From: Candidatus Acidiferrum sp.
Lineage (GTDB): Bacteria; Acidobacteriota; Terriglobia; Acidiferrales; UBA7541
Direction: 5' to 3'
Assembly (NCBI GenBank): GCA_036497825.1
Contig: DASXIT010000134.1
Location: 17,936 to 81,935 of the forward strand
Length of the DNA stretch: 64,000 nucleotides
Shown here: positions 39,466 through 49,929 of the stretch, piece after piece
Layout of the letters: every line of letters starts with the position of its first letter
Numbering within the stretch: position 1 is the first letter of the stretch
The notes under the pieces: generated by a model
What the model was told of the DNA's origin: nothing
The model's input: the letters and a program-made list of their open reading frames with translations, nothing else
Databases searched by the model: none
Translations under genes and position numbers: made by a program

Positions 39466-42400
39466 TTGGAAGGAACCGTGCTCCAGCCTAACAAAAAAAA
39501 TCTATGTGCGAGCGAGCAACTCTTCCGATCAATTTTCGAGAATGCCCAGTTAGGAATCGGCATCTTTAAAATTGAGAGCCTGGAACACATCTCGAACCAT
39601 GCACTGCAGGGAAATGTTGGGGTATACGCAAGAACAACTGAGCCATTTGGAGCAATGGGATGAAATTGTTCCCGCGGACGAACGAGTTGCATGCGCGGAA
39701 CGCTATATGGAACTCGTCCAGGGAAAGCGGGAGAAGGACGAGTATGAGCAACACTTCATTCGACGTGACGGTAGCATTTTCCTCGGCAATGGAAGGTTTC
39801 AATTACTCAGGGACGCGACTGGAAAACCAGAATATATTCTTGCTTACTGAAGATATCACTGAGCGCAAGTGCGCCGAGGAAGCCCTTCAGGAGAGTGAAA
39901 AGCTGTTTCGCTCGATATTTGAGAACGCCCAGATCGGGATCAGCATATTTGGAATAGATTCCAAGGAGCACATATGCAATCGCGCTTTGGAAGAAATGTT
40001 GGGTTATTCTGAGAAAGAATTACGCCGGCTGGAACAATGGGACGAGATTGTCCATCCCGAGGAACGCACTTCGGGCGCGGAACGGTATTCTGCCCTCATC
40101 AAAGGTGAGCGCGATAACGACGAGTATGAAAATCGCTTCATCCGCCGCTACGGCCGCATTGTGGTCGCAAACGGGCGATTTAAGTTGTTGCGTGAGACTG
40201 CGGGCAAACCAGCGCACCTTGTCGCTTTGACGGAAGACATTGCGGAACGCAAGAGGGCCGAAGCGGAACTGGTTACTGCCAGAGACATAGCCGAAGCCGC
40301 TACAAAGGCGAAATCAGACTTCCTTGCGAATATGAGTCACGAGATCCGCACCCCGATGAACGCTATTTTGGGGATGACGCATCTGGCGCTCAAAACAGAC
40401 TTGAGTCCTAAGCAACGTGACTACCTGACAAAAACAAAAACTGCCGCTCAATCCCTTCTGGGCATCATCAACGACGTTCTGGATTTCTCTAAAATTGAGG
40501 CTGGCAAGCTGGATATGGAGCTGACGGAATTCAGCCTGGACGAAGTGCTCGCGAATGTTTCAAGCATAATCAGTGAGAAAGCTCACCACAAGAATTTGGA
40601 ATTTCTTATCGCCGTGGAACAGGATCTGCCGCCAAACTTAATTGGCGATTCTCTGCGACTCGGTCAGATCTTGATCAACCTTGTTAACAACGCATTGAGA
40701 TTCACTGAACGGGGGGAGATTTTGGTTTCAGTTGCGATGGTTGAAAAGTCTCTGGACAAGGCAAATATAAAATTCACTGTGCGCGACAGCGGTATCGGAA
40801 TGACAGCAGAACAATCAGCGCGGCTGTTCCAGGCGTTCAGTCAGGCTGATAGTTCCACCACCAGGAAGTACGGCGGCACCGGCCTCGGATTATCTATTTC
40901 CAGAAGACTGGTCGAGATGATGGACGGCAACATCTGGGTTGAAAGCAAATATGGTGCAGGGAGCACATTTCATTTTAATGCGTGGTTCGGCATAGGGTCA
41001 GGGGAAATAAAGAGAAGACTTTTGATTCCAGACATTGCAGGGATTCGAGTCCTGGTTGTCGACGACAATTCGCAAGCCTGTGAAATTCTGTCCGACTCAT
41101 TAAAGGCATTTGGTTTAAGGGCCGAATCAGCCTTGTCCGGAGAGGACGCGATCCTGAGGATTGTAACTGCTGACTCCAACGATCCATATCAACTTGTCAT
41201 GATGGACTGGCGCATGCCTGAAATGGACGGGCTGGAAACGAGCCGAATCATAAAACGCGACTCTCGCATCAAGCATTTGCCCAAGATCATAATGGTCACT
41301 GCCTTCGGACGAGAAGACATACGTACGCAAGCGGAGGAGATGGAAATCGACGGTTATATTCTGAAGCCAGTCACTCCATCGACGCTTTACGACATGCTTA
41401 TGGAATTGTTTGGCGACCTCGGACTCGAAACGAGTTTATCGCGCATGGACAAAGTGGCTCCCCAGTTGCACGACGTCACTGGCCTCCGGATTTTGTTAGT
41501 CGAAGATAATGAGATAAATCGACAGGTAGCGACGGAACTGCTGGAGAGTGCCGGCGCCCTCGTTCAGATCGCCAATCACGGTCGTGAAGCCGTAAATATT
41601 TTGATGTCCGGAGAAAAACTGCCCCCGTTTGACGCTGTACTCATGGACCTGCAAATGCCCGAGATGGACGGAATTACGGCTACTAAACTCCTACGCACTA
41701 GATCGTATCTACGAGAACTTCCGATCATCGCAATGACCGCACACGCAATGGTGGCAGAGCGGCAACGATGTTTGGAAGCTGGGATGAACGATCACGTGAG
41801 CAAGCCCATTGAACCCGATGTTTTGTTTGCCACGCTCATCCGATGGGCGAAACCAGAGCATAGTCAAATTGGTGCAACGGGAGTGAATGCCGCGACACCA
41901 TCCCACGAATTGGTTTTTCCTGAGATTGACGGCGTTGACTTTGTGAATGGTCTTAAGCGCGTGGCCGGAAACCGGCGCCTTTATTCGGATTTACTGACAC
42001 AATTCGCCGCGAAGCGGCAGGAGGTTCATTCTCAGATCTCAAGCGCGGTAGAAACTGGAGACCGGATTCTGACAGAACGAATCGTTCACACAGTTAAAGG
42101 AGTCGCGGGGAATCTTGGTTTGAATCAAGTATTCTCTTGCGCGGAAAGGCTGGAACAAGCCGTTTGTGAAGAATTTCCGGATATCTCCAAGGCTCTTGAA
42201 GAATTCACCGCGGTGTTGAACAGCCAGGTTGATCCCATTCAGCAGGCATTGCACGACTCGGTTGTTGATTTGCCTGAGAAAGAAATGCAAAAAGCAGCAA
42301 ACTTTGATGGACGGATGGCATCAGCCGCAATCTTGCATCTAAAGGCTCTCTTGGAGTCTGGAGTTGGAGACGCTGCAGAGGCTTTCGTCACTTTGGAAGA

Positions 42401-42539
42401 GGCTCTTGCAGGGACCTGTGACAAATCCCGCCTGGGTGCTCTTGGCGCGGCAATGAGCGAGTTTAACTATAATGTTTCCCTTTTCAAACTGGACGAGATC
42501 GCCAAACAATATGGTGTGAATTGGAAGCACACAAAATGA
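39466..42539 (+). CDS. Hybrid histidine kinase PAS-PAS-HisKA-HATPase-REC-REC-HPt; first PAS interrupted by two frameshifts
   Basis: FLANMSHEIRTP, DSGIG, GGTGLGL, two DxxMPEMDG receivers, HTVKGVAG. The first PAS is split across ORFs 39466, 39572 and 39660. Confidence 0.88.
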
Positions 42540-43693
42540 AAGATACGGCCGAAAAACAACTTGTTCTATTAGTGGACGATGCCCCTGCCAACCTTCAAAT
42601 GATGCGTTCGATTCTTAAGGATGATTTCAAGATCCGAGTTGCAACAAGCGGCGCAAAGGCGTTGGAACTGGTAAAAACCAAACCACAGCCTGATTTAATT
42701 CTGCTGGATGTCATGATGCCGGAAATGGACGGTTACGAGGTCTGTGGAATATTGAAATCCATGCCAGAGGTCAGGGACATACCCGTGATCTTTCTGACTG
42801 GAAAAACAGAAGCCGATGACGAAACGAAGGGATTTGAAGTGGGAGCAGTAGATTACATCCACAAACCATTTTCTCCGGCAGTCGTTAAGGCGCGCGTCCA
42901 CACTCATCTGGTCCTTCGTGAATCGCGCGAACAATTGGCCCGACAGCTCCTATATATAAACAATGAGATGGAAATGGCACAGGAGATTCAATTATCAATT
43001 TTGCCGCATCAAACCCCCACAGTGCGGGGCCTGGAAATTGCTTCGCGTTATCTTCCTATGCGCTCTGTTGCAGGCGACTTCTACGATTACATTATTGTTG
43101 ACGAGCAGCACGTAGGAATTCTAGTTGCCGACGTTTCGGGTCATGGCCTCCCAGCCGCTCTTATAGCCTCAATGCTGAAGGTCGCTCTGTCGGCTCAGGC
43201 GCCACACGCTTCCGATCCTGCCCGGGTTTTGGCCGGATTGAATCGCTCGATGTGCGGTCAATTCAAACATCATTTCGTAACCGCGGCTTATGTATTTGTA
43301 GATATGGAGAAAAATTCCCTAAGTTATGCCGGTGCAGGACATCCCCCCCTCCTTCTATGGCGCACATCAACAGCCCATGCTTCAGAGGTTACGGAGAATG
43401 GTCTGCTAATGGGTATGTTCCCCGAAGCAACCTACTCTTTAGTTGAGATACCGCTGGAACCGGGGGACAAGTTCGTCGTTTATACCGACGGCATTCTGGA
43501 AACAAGGAGCCCCGCGGATCAGGAATTTGGTGCGGACCTCTTTAGAGAGTTCCTCGAGGCCAATCATAATCTCAACGCAGACAGGTTTGCCGATCTATTG
43601 CTTGCTGAATTGAACGCCTGGTCAGAGCATCCAAATGGAGATGGACGCGAGGATGATATTACATTGTTGGTGATCGACTTTCGGAACGCTTGA
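42536..43693 (+). CDS. REC-PP2C/SpoIIE phosphatase, paralog of 102-1259
   Basis: Same motifs as 102-1259. ATGA overlap with the kinase stop. Confidence 0.93.
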   Translation: MKDTAEKQLVLLVDDAPANLQMMRSILKDDFKIRVATSGAKALELVKTKPQPDLILLDVMMPEMDGYEVCGILKSMPEVRDIPVIFLTGKTEADDETKGFEVGAVDYIHKPFSPAVVKARVHTHLVLRESREQLARQLLYINNEMEMAQEIQLSILPHQTPTVRGLEIASRYLPMRSVAGDFYDYIIVDEQHVGILVADVSGHGLPAALIASMLKVALSAQAPHASDPARVLAGLNRSMCGQFKHHFVTAAYVFVDMEKNSLSYAGAGHPPLLLWRTSTAHASEVTENGLLMGMFPEATYSLVEIPLEPGDKFVVYTDGILETRSPADQEFGADLFREFLEANHNLNADRFADLLLAELNAWSEHPNGDGREDDITLLVIDFRNA

Positions 43694-43787
43694 ATGGTTC
43701 CGAATAACTCATATATGTTCCACTGTATTTGAAGCTTGGGTAAGGCAGAGAAGGAATGAGGAATATCCCACTTCTCTTTTGGAGCCT

Positions 43788-44135
43788 TTAGCCAAAGCTC
43801 CCAATTGCAGTTTGTTCATTTGTATGCACTTCGAAAACTTTGTCAAGTTGGGTGGTCTGCAACACCGCTAGAACCTTTTTCTTTGGATTCAGAAATTTCA
43901 ATTCGCCACCACTGGACTTCACTGGGACATAGGCGCCAGCTAATTCTCCCACTCCAGCGCTGTCCAGAGAATCTACCTGAGAGAGATTGAGGACGATCTT
44001 TGTTCGGCCGCTTTTTACTAAATCGCGGATAGTGTGACGGAGCGTGAGGCTAGCTTCTCCAAGATCTATGCTCCCGCGCAAGTCCACGATGGTAATCGAA
44101 CCGAATTGCCGGTGACTTGTGAGCAACGCTGGCAT
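43788..44135 (-). CDS. STAS anti-sigma factor antagonist (RsbV/SpoIIAA-like)
   Basis: IVDLRGSID, IVLNLSQVDSLDSAGVGEL with the phosphorylatable Ser. Confidence 0.9.
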   Translation of the reverse strand: MPALLTSHRQFGSITIVDLRGSIDLGEASLTLRHTIRDLVKSGRTKIVLNLSQVDSLDSAGVGELAGAYVPVKSSGGELKFLNPKKKVLAVLQTTQLDKVFEVHTNEQTAIGSFG

Positions 44136-44458
44136 GCATTCAATCCGTTTTTGTAATTCAAGAGATCAAAGGGAGGCCGCAAACAACCACCAACACATAA
44201 CGTTTAAACTGCCAGTAGTCAAATCTAGAATCCTAGGAAATAGGCTTCTCGAAGGTATCCTCCGAGTTCCATCGGACGGTAAGAACCCGCATCTGGCCAA
44301 TGCCTTTAGCGCCTCCTCCCGATTCCGATTGACTGCTGGTTGCTACCAATGTAGATTGTCCCAGATTGAATCGATTTAATGAATTCGGGGATTTGCCCAG
44401 AATAACTTGCTTGTATCATCTTATGGCCGGAACCAATCGTCGTAGAAAGGAACTTGTT

Positions 44459-46666
44459 GTGATCTTTACAATTGACGCTTCTTTTCTCGTCATTCGAATT
44501 TTTCGTCGCTGCTGCACACTTTTAGTGTGCCTTGCAGCGGCCAGCGGCCTTTCACCCGCAAACGCACAAATCATCCGCGTTGATACAAACCAAACTCATT
44601 CGACCAATGCGATTCGACCAACGAAAGCGCTCGGTGCAGGAATCGATCGTTTGCCATACGGTGCTGCCGACAAACTGTACGTCGATTCAACTCTAAAACA
44701 AGTTCTCGCCGCTGGTTGGCAAACCGTCACCTATCGCCAGAATACAGAACTCCATATGGAAGCCTGGCACTGGAATCCGCAAGGGACGTGGAGCGATCCC
44801 TCTGGAAAAGGTTACTTCACTGGCAGCACCTCTCCGGGACCAGAACCTATTCGTCATTCCTATGGTTATCCTTTGCCTCACCGCGGCGTGACACGTGACG
44901 ACGGAACCGACACTGTGGGCTATTCGCGTCTCACCGATGGCGATCCCAATTCCTACTGGAAGACCAATCCTTATCTCTCTTCAACATTCACAGGGGAGAG
45001 CGATTCACTTCACCCGCAGTGGGTGATCATCGATCTCGCAACTCGCCATGAAGTTAACGCCATTCGCATCGCATGGGCCGAGCCGTACGCTGTTCGCTAT
45101 GTCGTTCAATATTTCACCGGTACCGATCCCATAAAGAAACCGACCGAAGGTGTGTGGCAGACATTTCCCGGCGGAATTGTAACGAACGGTAAAGGAGGAC
45201 CCGCGCTCTTAAGCCTGGCTTCGACACCGCTTCTGGTCCAGCACCTCCGCATCCTGATGACAGAATCCTCCAACACCTGCGATATGCATGGAAACGCAGA
45301 CAAGCGCAATTGTCTCGGCTATGCGATTCGCGAGCTCTTCATTGGCACCACGACTCCCGACGGAAAATTCCACGATTTAGTCCGCCATACTCCCGACCAG
45401 GACCAGACCATGACGTTCTGCTCTTCCGTTGATCCCTGGCACGAACCCAGCGATTTGGAGGAAAAGGCTGGCGATCAAGTGGGGTTCGACCTTTTCTATA
45501 CCGGCGGTTACACTCGTGGCCTTCCCGCAATGATTCCCATCGCCATGATTTACAGCACTCCAGAGGACGCGGCTGCGGAAATCACCTATATCGAAAAACG
45601 CGGATATCCGATCTCGCACGTCGAGATGGGCGAGGAACCAGACGGGCATTACATGCCGCCGGAAGATTACGCCGCACTGTACATCCAGTTCGCAGCCGCC
45701 TTACATCGCGTCGACCCCAAACTCAAACTCGGCGGCCCCATCTTCACCGGCGTAAACAAAGATATCGAAACGTGGCCAGATTCCGAGGGGCGTACTTCTT
45801 GGACCCGTCGCTTCATCGATTATCTGCAGTCGCACGGGAAAATGAACGAACTGGCCTTCTTCTCCTTCGAACATTACCCGGAGGGGCCCGGCAAAATTCA
45901 GTGGAGCGATCTCTACCACGAAGCGGATCTTGTAACGAACATCATGAAAATCTGGCGGCAGGATGGCGTCCCGGAGAATGTGCCTCTTCTCATCACCGAG
46001 TCCAACATTTCCTGGGTCAGTTCCGAAGCGTTCGTGGACGTCTGGGGCGCTCTTTGGCTCGCCGATTATATTGGGGCATTTCTCAGCGCGGGCGGCGAAG
46101 CCGTTTACTATTTCCACTATTTGCCGCTAGGCGTTCATCACGGTGTGAATGGTTCCCTGGGTACTTTTGGGATGTTCTCGACCGATGGCGATCTCAAGAT
46201 TAAGCAGCCACTTTCTCAATATTTCGCGAGTCAACTGATCACTTTGGAGTGGTTGCAACCCGGCGACACTGTGAACACACTCTACTCTGCAGAGAGCGAC
46301 GTTCGGGATGCGGCCGGCAATCGCCTGATCACGGCGTACGCCGCAGCAAGACCGGACGGCACTTGGTCATTGATGGTCATCAACAAGGATCAAGAAAACG
46401 CGCATACGGTTCAAATTGCATTTGCGGATGATTCGCGCAATCTAAAAGAGGAATTCTCCGGTCCCGTTAGCGTGAAGACCTTCGGTAGCGCGCAATATAC
46501 CTGGCATCCATTGCTCAACGGTGGAACCGCTGACCCGGACGGCCCCATTGCGGTTTCCAGCGTGGCCGCCAGCCCAGGCAGTTCCTTTATTCTTCCTGCT
46601 GCTTCCATTACGGTTCTCCGCGGAAACATCAAATCCTCGGAGAATTCGGCAAGGTCGAAACACTAG
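44459..46666 (+). CDS. Secreted clan GH-A-like glycoside hydrolase with inserted discoidin (F5/8C, CBM32-like) domain
   Basis: Signal peptide, DGDPNSYWK...QWVIIDL discoidin, EMGEEPD, KLGGP, FEHYP, ITESN, C-terminal LPAASITVL beta-sandwich. Start uncertain. Confidence 0.75.
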   Translation: MIFTIDASFLVIRIFRRCCTLLVCLAAASGLSPANAQIIRVDTNQTHSTNAIRPTKALGAGIDRLPYGAADKLYVDSTLKQVLAAGWQTVTYRQNTELHMEAWHWNPQGTWSDPSGKGYFTGSTSPGPEPIRHSYGYPLPHRGVTRDDGTDTVGYSRLTDGDPNSYWKTNPYLSSTFTGESDSLHPQWVIIDLATRHEVNAIRIAWAEPYAVRYVVQYFTGTDPIKKPTEGVWQTFPGGIVTNGKGGPALLSLASTPLLVQHLRILMTESSNTCDMHGNADKRNCLGYAIRELFIGTTTPDGKFHDLVRHTPDQDQTMTFCSSVDPWHEPSDLEEKAGDQVGFDLFYTGGYTRGLPAMIPIAMIYSTPEDAAAEITYIEKRGYPISHVEMGEEPDGHYMPPEDYAALYIQFAAALHRVDPKLKLGGPIFTGVNKDIETWPDSEGRTSWTRRFIDYLQSHGKMNELAFFSFEHYPEGPGKIQWSDLYHEADLVTNIMKIWRQDGVPENVPLLITESNISWVSSEAFVDVWGALWLADYIGAFLSAGGEAVYYFHYLPLGVHHGVNGSLGTFGMFSTDGDLKIKQPLSQYFASQLITLEWLQPGDTVNTLYSAESDVRDAAGNRLITAYAAARPDGTWSLMVINKDQENAHTVQIAFADDSRNLKEEFSGPVSVKTFGSAQYTWHPLLNGGTADPDGPIAVSSVAASPGSSFILPAASITVLRGNIKSSENSARSKH

Positions 46667-46675
46667 AATTGCAAG

Positions 46676-46695
46676 AACTCGCGCTTCGAGTTTTT
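46676..46695 (+). terminator. Probable terminator between convergent GH and MFS genes
   Basis: AACTCG-CGCTT-CGAGTT followed by Ts. Confidence 0.5.
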
Positions 46696-46715
46696 ATTAT
46701 GCCTTCAGCGTGCCA

Positions 46716-48026
46716 TTACTCTTTTGTGGAAATAATTTCCGGCACTTGCGGCAGTCTGCGGTTTGGATCTACCAAAAGCCACGCCAAAGCTCCCATAACA
46801 CTCAGGGCCGCGGCGACGTGAAAAGATGAATTCCACCCATACTGCTTGGCAATCGCTGGCGTCAACGAAGCCGTCAATGCTCCGCCAAGTTGCCCACCCA
46901 TGTTCATGAATCCGGAGGCTGCGCCCGCACTACGTCCAGCAATATCCGCAGTCACCGACCAATAGGAACTCTGCGAGAGATACAATGCGCCCGCACCTCC
47001 GGAAAGTACCACGCTCGCCAGGCGTGCATTTTCCGCGTGCGAACCTAAGACGAGAAAGAACCCGGCAAGCAAGAGTGAAAACACTCCCACACTGCACCGT
47101 CCCACCCGCTTTCCGTGTGATTTAGTTAATGCGTCGCTGATCGCTCCGCCCAACAAACTGCAGGTAACCATCGCGATCGGAGGAATCGTGCTGTAAAACG
47201 CGCTGGCCTTTAAATCTAGTCCGCGCACCTTCAGCAGATAAATGTAAAACCAACTGAAAAAAATCCAGGCTACGTACCCGAAACAAAAATAACTAAGCGT
47301 CACGCCCCACACTTCTTTGCTTCGAAGAATTTTTTTCCAGGTTGTCTTTCCGTCCCGGGTCGCAGAAGCATCAATCCCCGCCGTCCGGTTGTCCTCGATG
47401 TACTTGAGCTCTGTTGCAGAAACGTGTGAATGCTCTTCCGGATTATCACGAGCCGCGACGAACCAGACTGCACCGACCAGCAATCCCAACACTGCGCTGA
47501 CCCAGAACGACGCTCGCCACCCGTAATGGACCATAATATAGGTCACAATTACCGGTGCAGCTCCTGCTCCGGCGCCAACTCCGGCGAAGATCAATCCGTT
47601 GGCGATTCCTCTTTCTTGCGTGGGAATCCATCGCGACACAAATTGATTCGAAGCGGGAAAGATAATGGCTTCTCCCGCTCCGAGCAAAAATCTCACGAGA
47701 ACAAACAATAGAATTGCCCCCGCAAGCGTTGTGGATACCGCTGCTGTCAGCGCCGTAAACACCCCCCACCAGGCCACACCCGCCGTTAAAACTCGGCGGG
47801 GTCCCAGCCGGTCCGCGAGCCATCCTCCAGGTGTCTGAAAGAGTGCGTACCCGATCAGGAACGCGCTGAAAACCAATCCAAGTTGCGTCTGTTGTAAATG
47901 AAACTCTTCCGCAATCGAACTTCCCGCGATGGAGATGTTCACTCGATCCAGATACGACACAGCACTCAGCACAAAGAGCCAAAACACAAGAAACCAGCGC
48001 ACCTTGCCCGTGCCGCGAGCTATCAT
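46716..48026 (-). CDS. MFS transporter, anion:cation symporter (sugar-acid; GudP/DgoT-like)
   Basis: SYLDRVNISIA, GWLADRLGPRR, RFLLGAGEA, ERGIANG, MNMGGQLGG. Confidence 0.88.
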   Translation of the reverse strand: MIARGTGKVRWFLVFWLFVLSAVSYLDRVNISIAGSSIAEEFHLQQTQLGLVFSAFLIGYALFQTPGGWLADRLGPRRVLTAGVAWWGVFTALTAAVSTTLAGAILLFVLVRFLLGAGEAIIFPASNQFVSRWIPTQERGIANGLIFAGVGAGAGAAPVIVTYIMVHYGWRASFWVSAVLGLLVGAVWFVAARDNPEEHSHVSATELKYIEDNRTAGIDASATRDGKTTWKKILRSKEVWGVTLSYFCFGYVAWIFFSWFYIYLLKVRGLDLKASAFYSTIPPIAMVTCSLLGGAISDALTKSHGKRVGRCSVGVFSLLLAGFFLVLGSHAENARLASVVLSGGAGALYLSQSSYWSVTADIAGRSAGAASGFMNMGGQLGGALTASLTPAIAKQYGWNSSFHVAAALSVMGALAWLLVDPNRRLPQVPEIISTKE

Positions 48027-48094
48027 CCGCGCACCGTTGTTCTAAAAATGCAAACGAAGTACAGATTAATGAGAATGGCTCTTTTCCTTATAAG

Positions 48095-49372
48095 TTACGC
48101 TGAATGCACCTTGAGATATGCCGACAGCTTCTCCGCGATGATCTTGTCTTCCCCCGGCTTCAGCATGAATGAGTTCATCGACAACGCGGGGCTCTCCTCG
48201 CCCGCCGAAAGCACAATCGCTGGCTTCCCTTGCCGCAGCGCCTTCACAACTTCCCGCGGAGTGACTGTGATCCGTTTGTCCCAGTGAATTTCCATATGCG
48301 GCACGTGATTTGCCATGTCCGGCATCGAAAACATTGTCGTCACACCAGGAATCTTCACCAGTTCGCTGGAAATCAATTCAAGTCGCCCCTGCCATTCCTT
48401 GTTCAGCTCCTCGTGGTCTTCCTTCAAATAGCACTCCAGTGCCTTCACCATTCCTACGATCTCTTCCTTGCCCACTTTCTGGCTTCGCCCAAGTGTGTCC
48501 TCATGCGGTGAGTTGTTGAGCAGAGCATTGGCCACTATCTCTGTTCGTCCCAGCAGCAGTCCCGCGCATTGTGGCCCGCGAATCGCTTTCCCGCCACTAA
48601 ATGCCACCATGTCGTATCCCATATTCACATAGTCCCAAAGATGCGAGACCGGCGGAGTATCCGCCGCAGCATCAATAAACGTGGGAATTTTGTATTCCTT
48701 CGCCAGATTCACCCACTCCTCCACTTTTATCTGTCCCGCAGCATTCGCAAAATTGCTGAAGTGCATCATGGCTGTCTGCGGTCCCACTGCACGCCGCAAA
48801 TCTTCGCGCGTTTCGATTACCACAAGCTTGATTCCCGTCGCTCGCAATTGATGATCGAAAGGGTTCCGGTGCGATTTTTGAATAATCACTTCCGATTTCA
48901 TTCCTGTAAGATCCGGAAGCTGCTCGATGAATTTCGGATTATTCCCCGTAAGTAGTCCTGCAAGCCCGGACTGCATCGCCGCAGCCGCACCGGAAGTCAC
49001 CAGCGCGGTGTAGCCCGGTGGAAGCTTAAGCATTTCCGCGATGCGCTTTCCGGCCGCAACTTCAAGATCCGGAATGCTCACGAAATGTTGCCCCGCCATG
49101 TCCATTACCGCATCGACCTCCGGCCGCATCAGAGAACCGCCGAGCACCGTCATCGTCCCTTGGCCGTTGATCAGCGTAGTGACCCCGAGCTCTTCATACA
49201 CGTTTCCCGTTGAGCCGAATCCTGTCACCGTGGTTTGGGGCGCTGGGTTCGACGCAGTCACAGTCACGGGCGCCGCGAGCAATTTACGCGCATTTAGCAG
49301 CGCTCCCACCAACGCGCTGATTCCACCGACAAACATTCGTCGCGACCACTTTGTGCTGATCTCCATTGCCAT
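48095..49372 (-). CDS. SelA-like PLP-dependent enzyme (DgaE-like ammonia-lyase) with Tat signal
   Basis: SRRMFV twin-arginine motif, INGQGTMTVLGGS, VTSGAAAA, IDAAA, FSGGKAIRGPQ (PLP Lys), KVGKEEIVG. Confidence 0.82.
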   Translation of the reverse strand: MAMEISTKWSRRMFVGGISALVGALLNARKLLAAPVTVTASNPAPQTTVTGFGSTGNVYEELGVTTLINGQGTMTVLGGSLMRPEVDAVMDMAGQHFVSIPDLEVAAGKRIAEMLKLPPGYTALVTSGAAAAMQSGLAGLLTGNNPKFIEQLPDLTGMKSEVIIQKSHRNPFDHQLRATGIKLVVIETREDLRRAVGPQTAMMHFSNFANAAGQIKVEEWVNLAKEYKIPTFIDAAADTPPVSHLWDYVNMGYDMVAFSGGKAIRGPQCAGLLLGRTEIVANALLNNSPHEDTLGRSQKVGKEEIVGMVKALECYLKEDHEELNKEWQGRLELISSELVKIPGVTTMFSMPDMANHVPHMEIHWDKRITVTPREVVKALRQGKPAIVLSAGEESPALSMNSFMLKPGEDKIIAEKLSAYLKVHSA

Positions 49373-49384
49373 GTCTCCTCTCCG

Positions 49385-49891
49385 TTACTTGCGCAGTACC
49401 GCCGCCGTGCAGTTGATTTCCACCAGCGACTGTCCAGGAAGCGCCGCCACGGCGACCGTCGTCCTGGCCGGCCCGCCATTCGGAAAGTACGTCTTGAAAA
49501 CTTTGTTCATTCCGTCGTAGTCGTCAATCTTGGTCAGGTAAACCGTGAGCTGCAGTATGCTGTCCATCGTTCCGCCGCCGGCCTCAACTAGCGTCTTCAC
49601 ATTGTCCATCACCTTTTTTGTGTGTACCCCAATCTCCATCGCGAAATCGCCGTTCGGATCATGCGAGTGCGCGCCCTGGCCCGCGATGTAAATCACACCG
49701 CTGTGAATGATCAGCGGCGTAATGAATCCAGTTCCGGCTGGCTTGCCTTCGTAGTCCAGCTTCTGTACTCCGCTCGCCACCTGGGCCATTGTCGGTTCTG
49801 CATCGGGTAGCAAACTGGCCGCGCCAACTCCCGTGAAAAGTGCTGCCAATCGAGCCGCGAAACCTCTCCGTGTACTAAATGTCGAAAACAT
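49385..49891 (-). CDS. RidA/YjgF family imine deaminase with Tat signal
   Basis: TRRGFA twin-arginine motif, IYIAGQ, VYL...DYDGMN.VF..YF, PART (catalytic Arg), VEI. Confidence 0.85.
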   Translation of the reverse strand: MFSTFSTRRGFAARLAALFTGVGAASLLPDAEPTMAQVASGVQKLDYEGKPAGTGFITPLIIHSGVIYIAGQGAHSHDPNGDFAMEIGVHTKKVMDNVKTLVEAGGGTMDSILQLTVYLTKIDDYDGMNKVFKTYFPNGGPARTTVAVAALPGQSLVEINCTAAVLRK

Positions 49892-49929
49892 TCTTGTTCT
49901 CCTTTAAATAGTGCGTTACGAAATTGTTT

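Noticed and set aside
48095-49372. Selenocysteine synthase SelA
   Set aside because: It has a Tat signal, sugar-acid context, and no selB, selC or selD nearby, so it fits the DgaE-like branch.
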